DNA from: an uncultured Mycoplasma sp.
Lineage (GTDB): Bacteria; Bacillota_I; Bacilli_A; RF39; UBA660
Direction: 5' to 3'
DNA: 64,000 bases
Assembly: GCA_945947035.1 (NCBI GenBank)
Contig: CAMEXD010000004.1
Location: forward strand, 2,362-66,361
A program made the position numbers and the translations under genes. Shown in pieces: positions 18,478-28,160 of the stretch; within the stretch, counting starts at the first letter, position 1, and the number at the start of each line of letters is the position of its first letter. The notes below the pieces were generated by a model, which saw only the letters and a program-made list of their open reading frames with translations, was not told the origin of the DNA and ran no database searches.

Positions 18478-19440
18478 TTGTGTAGTCATATTGACCAGAA
18501 GCAATCTTGGAGTGGATACAACTACACATATAAATTTGTTGAGAACCCCTTAAACGATGTTAAACAGACTAATATTGTGGAAGTTCACACTACTTATGAA
18601 ATAGTTTGTAATGGAATAGCATACATTGATGATACAGAGTATAATTCACCGAACGATGTTTTGTGTTATGTTAATAATATTAAAAAGGAGAGGTTACGAA
18701 TAAGTAAGAAAATGTATAATATAAATTCAAATTCATATAAAAATATTACTGCCAACAAAAATGTTGAAATAATAAAATTATACGATGATTTAGAAAAATA
18801 TATTTTGTCATTAGATAAGAAAATTATTAGAAATTTTCTTCATAAAGGAATAGTATTCAAATATAAAAAAAGAATCTTAGAAGTATTAATAAAACAACAG
18901 GTTTTAACAATTGTATTTTTAAAAAATACAAAACAATTTGATGATAAAAATTTATTATATATGAGAAAAGGATATGAGAAAGATTCAATATGCTATTGTT
19001 TAGATGTAGGTAATAAGAAAACATTTGAATATGCTTGTAATCTATTTAAAGCATCTTTTGAAGATATGATGGAAGATAAAGAAAAAAATAGGATAGACGA
19101 ATTGTTTAAAGAATTATCAAACAGAATAAAAGGAATTCATTATACAATTAAAGGCATAAAAATGGTAAGGGGAACAGTTTTTAAAGGTAAAAGAAATTTT
19201 TGTATTCTAGAAAAAAGAAAATATGGGATTCAAATTAGATTGTTGTCAGTTAAAGACAATGACAATATTCTTAATGATTTAAAAAGAACACATCAAGAGC
19301 CATTATGCAAGTATTTTAATGTTTTAGAAAAAGATGACATTAACAAAATAATTCCATATTTAAAAGATGCTTTTGAATTAACTAAATATCCAGCATTGGA
19401 TGTAAAAAACAAATTAATAGATTTAAATAGAGAAGAGTAG
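18478..19440 (+). CDS. hypothetical protein with two internally repeated approximately 60-aa units (DUF5655-like pattern)
   Basis: The repeats KKIIRNFLHKGIVFKYKKRILEVLIKQQVLTIVFL and NRIKGIHYTIKGIKMVRGTVFKGKRNFCILEKRKYGIQIRLL resemble each other. No catalytic motif identified. Confidence 0.3.
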   Translation: MCSHIDQKQSWSGYNYTYKFVENPLNDVKQTNIVEVHTTYEIVCNGIAYIDDTEYNSPNDVLCYVNNIKKERLRISKKMYNINSNSYKNITANKNVEIIKLYDDLEKYILSLDKKIIRNFLHKGIVFKYKKRILEVLIKQQVLTIVFLKNTKQFDDKNLLYMRKGYEKDSICYCLDVGNKKTFEYACNLFKASFEDMMEDKEKNRIDELFKELSNRIKGIHYTIKGIKMVRGTVFKGKRNFCILEKRKYGIQIRLLSVKDNDNILNDLKRTHQEPLCKYFNVLEKDDINKIIPYLKDAFELTKYPALDVKNKLIDLNREE

Positions 19441-19462
19441 TTCTCTATTTTTTCATAAAAAA

Positions 19463-19492
19463 AACAATACCTGATACTGCTTGGTATTGCTC
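19463..19492 (+). terminator. hairpin between convergent genes (CAATACC-N11-GGTATTG). A second short CAGCT/AGCTG hairpin lies at 19574-19593
   Basis: 7-bp perfect stem after the 18478..19440 stop. Sits between convergent genes. Confidence 0.35.
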
Positions 19493-19609
19493 CAACATCA
19501 ATCGACAAACTTCTCAATTGATAATTAAATGTTATCAAATATTAGTCATGTTGTCAATATATATTCGCAGCTCTTTACTAGCAGCTGTATATCGGCTTTA
19601 ATATATTAA

Positions 19610-20227
19610 CTAAAGTTCATAACCAAATTGAATAATTCTTTTTTTTAATTCGTCGCAATGACTATCAATTTTTTTGGTTAAGTAATTTAATATATCTTTT
19701 GCACTTTTATTTTTATATTCTTTTCTTAATTTTTCATAATATTCTTTAGCTTCATTATAATTGTCAAATTTTTTTTCTAAATGTTTTTTTGTCCAAATTT
19801 CAGCAATAGAATATTCAACTCTAATATAAACTTCATATTCTATAACAGAAAAATGAATACCACCACAATCAGCAATGATATTTCTTTCTGTATATTTTTG
19901 CTCAAAGAATATATGGGTTTTAAAATCACCATGTTTATATCCTTTATGATCTATTTCTTTATCACATTTATCTTCATCTGGAATTTGTGATAATTTTAAA
20001 TCCCATTCTTTCTTTAGTTTTCGCAATTGATGACTATCTTTACAATCACTAAAAAAATTTTTTATTCGTGATAAAAAAGTTGCTTGAGATTCTCTTTTTT
20101 GATAATCGTTGCTCATTTTTAAAATACAAGCTTGAGCATGTCTTTCTTCAACATAGTCAAGTTCTTGTTCTTTAACTAGAAAAGTGCTAAACATATCATC
20201 ATTACTATCGCTTTTTACTTTATTCAT
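19610..20227 (-). CDS. hypothetical protein
   Basis: 205-aa ORF with charged and His/Cys-containing segments. No motif recognised. Confidence 0.3.
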   Translation of the reverse strand: MNKVKSDSNDDMFSTFLVKEQELDYVEERHAQACILKMSNDYQKRESQATFLSRIKNFFSDCKDSHQLRKLKKEWDLKLSQIPDEDKCDKEIDHKGYKHGDFKTHIFFEQKYTERNIIADCGGIHFSVIEYEVYIRVEYSIAEIWTKKHLEKKFDNYNEAKEYYEKLRKEYKNKSAKDILNYLTKKIDSHCDELKKRIIQFGYEL

Positions 20228-20328
20228 AATACTAATTTAATTCCTTTCTTTAATATAGTAAATTTTCAGCGATATCAATTCGTGTTTATTTTTAATTAAA
20301 AAGGGTAAACTAGAACTGGTGGTGTTAG

Positions 20329-20583
20329 ATGAAAATTTCAAACATCCGTAAAGTATTGGGTGTCAATGTTAAATATTACAGATATTTAATTGGTTATACT
20401 CAAGAGCAATTAGCCGAAAAATGCGAATTGAGTCCAAGATATATTAGTGATATTGAAAATTCACAGGGTAATGTTTCAGTTGATACCCTAGAAATTATCG
20501 CTAAATATTTAAGAGTTGAATCTTATCTTTTAATAAAACCACAAAAGCACCCATCTTTACCGAAAAGAGTAAATATGAAATAG
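20329..20583 (+). CDS. XRE-family helix-turn-helix transcriptional regulator
   Basis: LIGYTQEQLAEKCELSPRYISDIENSQGNVSVDTLEIIAKYL is a classic Cro/C1-type HTH. Confidence 0.7.
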   Translation: MKISNIRKVLGVNVKYYRYLIGYTQEQLAEKCELSPRYISDIENSQGNVSVDTLEIIAKYLRVESYLLIKPQKHPSLPKRVNMK

Positions 20584-20726
20584 CTCTTTTCTTTTTTATT
20601 ATATATCAAAATTAACTATTTTTCATATTACTCTGGAATAAGTATAACACAAATTTGGTAATTCGGCACGAAAGGTCACATATTTTTTAATAATATTTTT
20701 CTATAATTTTATTAAGGAGTGATATT

Positions 20727-20963
20727 TTGGAACAATATATTGATTATAACGAAAACATTAAAACAATTATCTGTAAAAACATCAAGAAATATAGAAATCA
20801 AAAAGGAATAAGTTTAGCAAACTTAGCAGAGAAAATTGATGTATCCGTAGATCATCTTAAAAGAATAGAAGCACCTAATGATAGAAACAATATATCACTA
20901 ATAACACTTTATAAGATTTCTATTGTTCTCGGTATTAGAATTGACAAGTTTTTTGAAGAATAA
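20727..20963 (+). CDS. XRE-family helix-turn-helix transcriptional regulator
   Basis: KGISLANLAEKIDVSVDHLKRIE...LITLYKISIVLGIRIDKFF is an HTH_3-like pattern. Confidence 0.6.
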   Translation: MEQYIDYNENIKTIICKNIKKYRNQKGISLANLAEKIDVSVDHLKRIEAPNDRNNISLITLYKISIVLGIRIDKFFEE

Positions 20964-21071
20964 AAATAGGATATGAAAATATCTTGTTTTTATTATTTGC
21001 AAAGATTTTTTTTATATTCATTTTTATAGTATAATATAATTAGTTATATATTCATTTGGGTGGTGATAATA

Positions 21072-21305
21072 ATGGGATATGATGAACTAAAAACAATCTA
21101 TGAAAATACTCATAAACTGACTTTTAAATTGCATAGTTTAGAATATGTTATTGAAGATGAAAATAAGAAATGTGTTATTTATGCTATTGATTATCCAAAA
21201 AACAAAAAGTATTATGATACATTTGATGAATTATTGAATAATTATTTGGTATATTTAGAACCATTAATTGAATCATTAAATATTATTCAATTGCAAAATT
21301 CATAA
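21072..21305 (+). CDS. small hypothetical protein
   Basis: RBS GGTGGTGA then ATG 21072. 77 aa, no motif. Confidence 0.25.
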   Translation: MGYDELKTIYENTHKLTFKLHSLEYVIEDENKKCVIYAIDYPKNKKYYDTFDELLNNYLVYLEPLIESLNIIQLQNS

Positions 21306-21491
21306 TTCTTTTTTTGATATTATAACAACATTAAAATTTTGACAATTTGCAATATGGATATAAGTCAAAGAGATTAGAATGATAATTCCAGTCTTTTCTT
21401 TAATCTAAAATAAATAATATTCCGAACAAATAGAATATTTCTATCTTTTTTAATATTAATTATTCTATATTTTAACTTTTATTAAAATCTT

Positions 21492-21508
21492 AATAATTCT
21501 TAATAAAA
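21492..21508. repeat. variant motif TAATAATTCTTAATAAA upstream of the PlsC gene 21597
   Basis: 17-nt exact match to 29100-29116 upstream of a second PlsC gene. Related to the TTAATAATTTTTAATAA family. Confidence 0.45.
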
Positions 21509-21596
21509 TAAATATAAATTTAAATAATAAATAGTTGTATAATGATAAAGAGGCGATTAATAATGAAAAGAGAAAGTAGTAAAACAAATAAAAAAT

Positions 21597-22307
21597 ATGA
21601 AAAAGTATAATTTTGAAAATCTAAAGGATGATGATGAAGTAGTAAAAAACTGGGAACCATTAAAATTTGAAATAAACGATAATTATAAATATATATCAAA
21701 AAACATATTTTTCAATTTCTTTTCTAATGTAATATACTTTGTTATTGCTCCAATATTAATTATTTTTGATAGAGTGTTTTTTGAATATAAAATTATTAAT
21801 AAAAAGAATATTGTAAAGAATGGTGGATTTGTAAGTATATCAAACCATATACATCAAATGGATTGTACTTTTATTGGACTTGTCTATTATCCCCATAGAG
21901 TTTATTATCCAACATTAGCAAGTAATTTTAAAATTCCCGTTGTAAGACATATAATAAAAATGCTTTATGCAATTCCAATACCAAAAAAAGATAATCAAAA
22001 GGAAAAATTTTATAGTGATTTAAACAGTGTATTAAAAAAAGGCAAAATAGTCCAAATGTATCCCGAGGGTTCTTTATGGCCATATTATGATAAAATTAGA
22101 GACTTTAAATATGGTGCATTTAAAATAGCTGTAGAAGCTGATGTTCCTATTCAACCTATTAGATTTAAATATGTAAACAAGTGGTATAAGAGAAAACCTG
22201 CTATAATATGCGAAGTTCTAAAACCTATATATCCCAATAAGAAATTAAAAAAAGAAGAAAGAATAAGTGATTTGAGAGATCGTTCTTTAAAAGAAATGAG
22301 GAAGTAA
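21597..22307 (+). CDS. PlsC-family 1-acyl-sn-glycerol-3-phosphate/lysophospholipid acyltransferase
   Basis: H(x)4D motif SNHIHQMDC and the PEG block MYPEGSLWP. Confidence 0.7.
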   Translation: MKKYNFENLKDDDEVVKNWEPLKFEINDNYKYISKNIFFNFFSNVIYFVIAPILIIFDRVFFEYKIINKKNIVKNGGFVSISNHIHQMDCTFIGLVYYPHRVYYPTLASNFKIPVVRHIIKMLYAIPIPKKDNQKEKFYSDLNSVLKKGKIVQMYPEGSLWPYYDKIRDFKYGAFKIAVEADVPIQPIRFKYVNKWYKRKPAIICEVLKPIYPNKKLKKEERISDLRDRSLKEMRK

Positions 22308-22309
22308 AG

Positions 22310-23386
22310 ATGAAAGTGTTAGTATTATCATGCAATACAGGTGGTGGTCATAATTCTTGTGGAAAATATATTTGTGAAGAACTAAAATCAAATAATATAG
22401 AATGTGATTTTAAAAATTACTTCGAGATAGTACATTTAAGTAAGAAGGATTTTTCAAACAAAATTTATGTAAAATCTATTGGAAAAAAAGGAGGATTGTT
22501 TAAATATATTTATCAGATAGGAGATGCTTATGATAAAACAAAAATATTATCTCCTGTATATCTAGTAAATAAAATGTTTTCAAACAGACTATATAATTTT
22601 ATAAAAAAAAATAAATATGATTTGATAATATGTCCTCACTTGTTTCCTGCACAAGCATTAACTGCAATAAATAAAAAACATAAAGTTAATTTTATATTTA
22701 TTGATACTGACTATGAATATCATCCTTTTACAGATGAGATAATCGCAGATTATTATGTAATTCCAAAAGATTTAGAAGAACGATTTGTATCTAGAGGTAT
22801 TGATAAAAATAAATTACTACCTTTTGGTATTCCTATATCAAGCCAATATATAACGAATGCTAAAAATATAAAAAATAAACTTAATATTAATGAAAAGATG
22901 ATACTAATAATGCTTGGTAGTATGGGATTTGGTAATGTCGAAACAATATTAGATGATCTTTTAAAAATCGAGAATGTAAGCATAGTTGTAGTTTGTGGAA
23001 GAAACAAAAAATTGTATGATACATTAAAAAAATATAATTATAAAAATTTAATAGTAATAGGATATTCTAAAAATGTAAATGATTTAATAAAATCATCAGA
23101 TATTGTCATTTCAAAACCTGGTGGTTTATCTTCAACTGAAATTGCTTCTTTTAGAAAAGGAATTATACATGTTTTCCCTATACCTGGTGTAGAAACAGGA
23201 AACACAAAATACTTTAGTGAGCATAATTTAAGTTTTGTCGCAAATAAAAAAGAAGAAATAATAGATTGTGTCAACAAATTATTAAACAACGATGATATAT
23301 ATAATGAAATGATAAAAAATCAAAAAAGATATATATCTTCAAGTAGTGCAAAAGATTTAGCTGATTTTATAAAAAATAAATATTAA
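22310..23386 (+). CDS. diacylglycerol glycosyltransferase (MGDG-synthase/UgtP-like GT-B)
   Basis: N-terminus MKVLVLSCNTGGGHNSCGKY matches the MGDG_synth/UgtP signature (ILILSASIGGGH...). GT-B C-terminal domain follows. Confidence 0.65.
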   Translation: MKVLVLSCNTGGGHNSCGKYICEELKSNNIECDFKNYFEIVHLSKKDFSNKIYVKSIGKKGGLFKYIYQIGDAYDKTKILSPVYLVNKMFSNRLYNFIKKNKYDLIICPHLFPAQALTAINKKHKVNFIFIDTDYEYHPFTDEIIADYYVIPKDLEERFVSRGIDKNKLLPFGIPISSQYITNAKNIKNKLNINEKMILIMLGSMGFGNVETILDDLLKIENVSIVVVCGRNKKLYDTLKKYNYKNLIVIGYSKNVNDLIKSSDIVISKPGGLSSTEIASFRKGIIHVFPIPGVETGNTKYFSEHNLSFVANKKEEIIDCVNKLLNNDDIYNEMIKNQKRYISSSSAKDLADFIKNKY

Positions 23387-23548
23387 AGAATAGAAGGTGA
23401 TTTCAAATAAATAAATCAAGAGGATTTCTAATACTTATTTTGCAAAAAATACTTGCTATTTGAATGAAGTATTTTAAATTAATTTTTTGCTTGGTTCTAA
23501 TTTCTTTACCAATATAGACCAAAATAATTATTTAATATACAATAATTA

Positions 23549-23929
23549 TTGATAAAAGGTTTAAACGAAAGAACGGTGAAAAATGAAAAACAAGAGAGAT
23601 TGAATCTAATAAAAAATGATATGAAAAAGTCTAGTAAGTTATTAAATGCCCTAAGTGAAGAGAATAGACAAAAGATAATGATTGTCTTACTAGAAAATTG
23701 TACAACTGGTGGAATCAGAGATGAGGATATTGCTAAAGAAGTAAATTTATCAAGACCAGCTGTTTCACATCATTTAAAATTACTTTTGGATAACGATATA
23801 GTATCAATTGAAAAAGTGGGAACAAAAAATTATTATCATATAAGTGGAACAACTGAAATACTTAGTTTAAAGTCATTACTTAATAATATTGAGTTATATA
23901 TTGAGGAAAGAAAAGAGGAAATGAAATGA
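23549..23929 (+). CDS. ArsR-family HTH transcriptional regulator (start uncertain)
   Basis: NRQKIMIVLLENCTTGGIRDEDIAKEVNLSRPAVSHHLKLLLDNDIVSIEKVGTKNYY is an ArsR-type wHTH. No clear RBS. Confidence 0.55.
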   Translation: MIKGLNERTVKNEKQERLNLIKNDMKKSSKLLNALSEENRQKIMIVLLENCTTGGIRDEDIAKEVNLSRPAVSHHLKLLLDNDIVSIEKVGTKNYYHISGTTEILSLKSLLNNIELYIEERKEEMK

Positions 23930-24405
23930 GAAATTTAATTGTATATTATTCGTATGAAGGAAATACCGAAGAACTTGTAAAAGCAATGAGTGAAGTTATT
24001 GATGCTGATGTGTTGAAATTAACACCTAAAAAAGAGCGAAAGACTAAGAGTTTATTTAGATTTGTTTGGGGTGGTATGCAAGTTTATATGACTAAAAAGC
24101 CAGAATTAGAAGATAATGATATTGATATATCAAAATATAAAAATATCATTATTGGATCACCATGTTGGTTTGGAACATATGCTCCACCAATTAACACATT
24201 TTTAACAAACAATAAATTAGAAAATAAAAATATTTATTTATTAATGTGTGATGGAAATAATTTAAGAAATACTTGGAAAAATTATGAAGAAGCATTAAAA
24301 GGCAATAATATTATTTCAAAAAAAGATTTTGTGTATCCGATTAAAAATGGTATTGACAAAGCAAAACAGGAAGTACAAGATTGGATTAAATCTAATTTGA
24401 AATAA
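23926..24405 (+). CDS. flavodoxin-like fold protein
   Basis: MRNLIVYYSYEGNTEEL... is a typical flavodoxin-like N-terminus. Confidence 0.5.
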   Translation: MRNLIVYYSYEGNTEELVKAMSEVIDADVLKLTPKKERKTKSLFRFVWGGMQVYMTKKPELEDNDIDISKYKNIIIGSPCWFGTYAPPINTFLTNNKLENKNIYLLMCDGNNLRNTWKNYEEALKGNNIISKKDFVYPIKNGIDKAKQEVQDWIKSNLK

Positions 24406-24435
24406 TCATACTACTATGAATTTCGTTATGTTAGG

Positions 24436-24460
24436 GAGAATAAAATATTCTCTTTTTTTC
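24436..24460 (+). terminator. rho-independent terminator
   Basis: GAGAATA-AAA-TATTCTC hairpin plus a seven-T run. Confidence 0.65.
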
Positions 24461-24488
24461 TTTTTAATAATTTTTAATAATTTAATAA
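24461..24488. repeat. intergenic motif copy: TTTTTAATAATTTTTAATAATTTAATAA
   Basis: Identical over 25-28 nt to the copies at 32132 and 45992. Follows a terminator, precedes the radical SAM gene. Confidence 0.6.
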
Positions 24489-24551
24489 TAATTTATTAAT
24501 AATAATTAAATAAAATTGAAATTGATTTGATTAATGAAGAAGGAGATAATT

Positions 24552-26006
24552 ATGGCGAAAAGTAATTCTTTAACACATAAGGTTGAAAGAAAAGCAGTTG
24601 AAAAATTTGTTGATTCAATTTTGAAAAAAATGAATCAGGATAGAGAGAAGGAAATATCTAATCTCTTAGAATATGCAGAAAAATTTGAAGGAAATGAGGT
24701 TATAAAAGGGCTTAAAGAAATAGCGAAAGATCCAAATAGTAGATGGATGAAATTTGTAAATAAACTTCTTGATGAAACAGATCCTCATGTTGCTAAAATG
24801 ACTATTCTAAATTTGGGTTATGAAGCAGCATTTAGAGGTACAAATGAAATTAGAAAAAATAGGGAAAAATATAATTGTAATATTCCTTGGTTAATATTAT
24901 TTGATCCTACAAGTGCATGTAATATGCATTGTAAAGGTTGCTGGGCAGGAACTTATGGACACAAATATAATTTGAGTTTTGAAGATATGGATAAAATAAT
25001 TACTGAAGGAAAAGAATTAGGAGTATATTTATATATGCTTACTGGTGGAGAACCTTTAGTAAAGAAAGATGAAATATTAAAACTTGCAAAAAAACATAAT
25101 GATGTAGAGTTTTCAATTTATACGAACTCAACTTTCATAACAGAAGATTTTTGTAAAGAAGTTGTTAAATTAGGAAATATAGCTTTCCAACTTTCTATTG
25201 AGGGTACTGAAGATACAAATGATGGTCGTCGTGGAAAAGGTCATTATCAAAAAGTATTAAAAGCTATGGATTTATTACATAAATATGGAATATTATTTGG
25301 AAGTTCAATTTGTTATACAAGAGATAATGTAGAAGCAGTAACTGATGATAAATTTTTACACATGTTAGCAGATAAGGGTGTAAGATATAGCTTCTTCTTC
25401 CACTATATGCCAGTAGGCAATAATGCAGTGCCAGAACTATTACCAACAGTTGAACAAAGAAAATATATGATTGAAAAAATAAGGAGTTTAAGAAGTGATG
25501 ATAGTGATTTAATGTTATTCCCAATGGATTTCCAAAATGATGGAGAATATGTAGGTGGTTGCATTGCTGGAGGAAGAAATTATTTCCATATAAATTCTAA
25601 TGGTGATGCAGAACCATGTGTATTTATACATTATTCAAATATGAATATCCACGAGCATAGCATTTTAGAAATTCTTCAAAGTCCATTGTTTATGGCATAT
25701 CATGATGGACAACCTTTTAATAGGAATCATTTAAGACCATGTCCAATGCTTGAAAATCCAGAATATTTAAGAGATATGGTAAAGAAAACAAAAGCACATT
25801 CTACAGATTTAGAATCGCCAGAAGATGTTGAACACTTATGCAGTAAATGTGATTTGTATGCTGAAAATTGGAGGGAAGAAGCTGATAAAATTTGGAATAG
25901 CAAAGATCATACATATCATGGTGAATATGAAAATTATGCACCTCAAAATAGAAGCAAATTAGAATCTAAAAAGGGGGTGAAGAAAAATGCTAAAAAAACT
26001 AAATAA
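24552..26006 (+). CDS. radical SAM protein with C-terminal SPASM/twitch-like Cys-rich domain and an approximately 120-aa N-terminal extension
   Basis: RBS AAGGAG then ATG 24552. CNMHCKGCW carries the CxxxCxxC motif. The C-terminal Cys cluster is GGCIAGG...EPCVF...RPCPM...CSKCD. Confidence 0.7.
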   Translation: MAKSNSLTHKVERKAVEKFVDSILKKMNQDREKEISNLLEYAEKFEGNEVIKGLKEIAKDPNSRWMKFVNKLLDETDPHVAKMTILNLGYEAAFRGTNEIRKNREKYNCNIPWLILFDPTSACNMHCKGCWAGTYGHKYNLSFEDMDKIITEGKELGVYLYMLTGGEPLVKKDEILKLAKKHNDVEFSIYTNSTFITEDFCKEVVKLGNIAFQLSIEGTEDTNDGRRGKGHYQKVLKAMDLLHKYGILFGSSICYTRDNVEAVTDDKFLHMLADKGVRYSFFFHYMPVGNNAVPELLPTVEQRKYMIEKIRSLRSDDSDLMLFPMDFQNDGEYVGGCIAGGRNYFHINSNGDAEPCVFIHYSNMNIHEHSILEILQSPLFMAYHDGQPFNRNHLRPCPMLENPEYLRDMVKKTKAHSTDLESPEDVEHLCSKCDLYAENWREEADKIWNSKDHTYHGEYENYAPQNRSKLESKKGVKKNAKKTK

Positions 26007-26568
26007 ATATTTTAATATTTCTATAGTAATTGCAATAATATTTGCAGCATTAGGAATAATACTAATGAGTTATCCTGATATTTCCTTTAATGCTATATCA
26101 TATTGTATTGCAGGTATATTAATAATTAATGGATTAGTATTGTTTGTAGTTGATTATAAGACATATTCTTTATTTGTTAATACCTTCTTTTATGCAATTT
26201 TATCAATTATAGGTGGTGTATTAGTTCTAATTCATCCAAATGCACTAAAAATGGCTATTCCAATTTGCTTAGGTATATGGTTTATTGCTGGAGGATTATT
26301 TAAACTAAGATTTAGTGCATACTTAAGAGATTCAAATACATTCTATAGTGTTTTATCAGTAATAGCTAACATAATTACAATTATTTGTGGAGTTATACTT
26401 TTAATGAATCCAATTGAAAGTGTTGAAATAGTAACTGTAAGTATGGGTATAATTCTTCTAGTATATTCAATTGCAGACCTTATAGATATGATAGTTATTA
26501 AAAAGAATGTTAATGGTATTTCTAGATTTATTAAAGATGAAGTATCAAGATTTAAAGAACTAGATTAA
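25987..26568 (+). CDS. membrane protein with repeated TM pairs (DUF308/HdeD-like)
   Basis: Six hydrophobic helices. Overlaps the radical SAM stop. Confidence 0.4.
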   Translation: MLKKLNKYFNISIVIAIIFAALGIILMSYPDISFNAISYCIAGILIINGLVLFVVDYKTYSLFVNTFFYAILSIIGGVLVLIHPNALKMAIPICLGIWFIAGGLFKLRFSAYLRDSNTFYSVLSVIANIITIICGVILLMNPIESVEIVTVSMGIILLVYSIADLIDMIVIKKNVNGISRFIKDEVSRFKELD

Positions 26569-26576
26569 TAAGGTAG

Positions 26577-26846
26577 GTGCTAATAGTGGATGTATTAAGT
26601 ATATTATTAAAAGTATTTGGTTTAATCTTAATTATTGTATTTATAATTTTAGGAATAAAACTTATACTATTAACTGAAAAAGCAACAAAGGTTGTTACAG
26701 ATGTTGAAGAAGAAATTGAAAATTATAAAAACAGATTTTCTATGGTAGGAAGAGCATTCGATTATATATCCAATATAACTGAAAAATCTACCTTCTTATT
26801 AAAGAAAGTATTTAGAAAAAATAGAAAGAAAGATGAGGAATATTAA
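26577..26846 (+). CDS. DUF948-like small membrane protein
   Basis: N-terminal TM then a charged helix. Family often paired with YtxH-like proteins. Confidence 0.4.
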   Translation: MLIVDVLSILLKVFGLILIIVFIILGIKLILLTEKATKVVTDVEEEIENYKNRFSMVGRAFDYISNITEKSTFLLKKVFRKNRKKDEEY

Positions 26847-26847
26847 T

Positions 26848-27252
26848 ATGAAAAAAAGAGATTTAGGAAAAATAGCAGCAGGTGCTGCACTTGGAGCAGG
26901 ATTAGGAATTTTACTAGCTCCTAAAAGTGGTAGTGAAACAAGAAAAGAATTAAACGAAAAAATTCATGAATTACTAGATAAAGTTAAAAATATTGATTCT
27001 AAAGAATTAAAAAATGAATTTAATGATAAAATTAATGAACTTAAAGAAGAAATAAAAGATTTAGATAAAGAAAAAGTTTTAAAAATTGCCAAAACTAAAT
27101 CTGAATCAATAAAAGAAAAGGCAGACAATTTAGTTAATTTAGCAAAAGAAAAAGGAAATGCGATACTTGAAAAGAGTGCCACTGAAGTAAGAGAAAATGC
27201 TATTTCTGTTACAAAGAAAGTGTTAGACAAACTAGAAAGTGCTGAAAAATAA
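26848..27252 (+). CDS. YtxH-like general stress protein
   Basis: MKKRDLGKIAAGAALGAGLGILLAPKSGSETRKEL is the YtxH N-terminal signature, followed by coiled coil. Confidence 0.5.
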   Translation: MKKRDLGKIAAGAALGAGLGILLAPKSGSETRKELNEKIHELLDKVKNIDSKELKNEFNDKINELKEEIKDLDKEKVLKIAKTKSESIKEKADNLVNLAKEKGNAILEKSATEVRENAISVTKKVLDKLESAEK

Positions 27253-27256
27253 AATT

Positions 27257-27292
27257 AAGATGCCAAAATACGATTTGGCATCTTTTATAATT
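27257..27292 (+). terminator. rho-independent terminator
   Basis: 11-bp stem AAGATGCCAAA/TTTGGCATCTT with a 6-nt loop, then TTATAATTTT. Confidence 0.65.
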
Positions 27293-27314
27293 TTAAAAAT
27301 AGGTGATTAACATT

Positions 27315-28160
27315 ATGTTAGAAGTTATTGAATTATATTTTTTGTTATTTATTTCTTATGCTTTTTTAGGATGGTGTATGGAAGTAATTTGTAAATTGAT
27401 ACAGTATAAGAGATTTATTAATAGAGGATTTCTAATAGGTCCATATTGTCCAATATATGGTTGGGGAGCATTGCTTATTACAATATTATTGCAAAAATAC
27501 AACAATGATCCATTAACACTATTTATTTTGGCAATGGTAATATGTTCTATTTTGGAATATGCGACAAGTTATTTTATGGAAAAAATATTCAAAGCCAGAT
27601 GGTGGGACTATAGTACAAAAAAATTCAATCTTAATGGGAGAATATGTTTAAATACAATGATTCCATTTGGTTTATTAGGATTATTGATGATATATGTTAT
27701 TAATCCATTCTTATTTATTTTATATGGAAGTTTTAATAAAGAAGTTTTATATACAATAACTATTATAATAGCAACTATATTTATTATTGATAATATTGTA
27801 TCTTTATTTATTTTAACTTCTGTAAGGGAAGATAATAAATTACTTGAAAAAGATAATACAGAGGAAATGTCTAAAAAAGTAATTGAAAGAATAAAAAGTC
27901 ATAATATTCTTTCAAGAAGATTATTAACAGCATTTCCAGATTTTAAACATATAGGAGTAGTAATAAAAGAAAAAACTAAAAAAACAAAGGATATAATTAA
28001 TAAACACATAAGTAAACAAGAAAAAGTTATGAAGGATGCTGAAGAGCAAATAAAGAAAATAGAGAAAAAATATAATAATAAGCTTGCAAAAGTAAGAGAA
28101 AAATCAAATAAGAAAATTATTAAATTGAGTGAGAAAGATTATGGAAATAAGCAAAAGTGA
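27315..28160 (+). CDS. polytopic membrane protein (DUF1113/ABC-type-IV-like) with Lys-rich coiled-coil C-terminal extension. Paralog of 13791..14297
   Basis: RBS AGGTGA then ATG 27315. Shares GPYCPIYGWGALLI and related blocks with the 13791 ORF. Confidence 0.45.
   Translation: MLEVIELYFLLFISYAFLGWCMEVICKLIQYKRFINRGFLIGPYCPIYGWGALLITILLQKYNNDPLTLFILAMVICSILEYATSYFMEKIFKARWWDYSTKKFNLNGRICLNTMIPFGLLGLLMIYVINPFLFILYGSFNKEVLYTITIIIATIFIIDNIVSLFILTSVREDNKLLEKDNTEEMSKKVIERIKSHNILSRRLLTAFPDFKHIGVVIKEKTKKTKDIINKHISKQEKVMKDAEEQIKKIEKKYNNKLAKVREKSNKKIIKLSEKDYGNKQK

Noticed and set aside
19293-19990. ORFs 19293..19538- and 19781..19990+
   Set aside because: They overlap the convergent 18478 and 19610 genes on the opposite strand. 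No RBS, low-complexity products.
22753-23289. ORFs 22753..23007- and 23038..23289-
   Set aside because: Antisense within the glycosyltransferase gene.
25264-27230. ORFs 25264..25524- and 26964..27230-
   Set aside because: Antisense within the radical SAM and YtxH-like genes.
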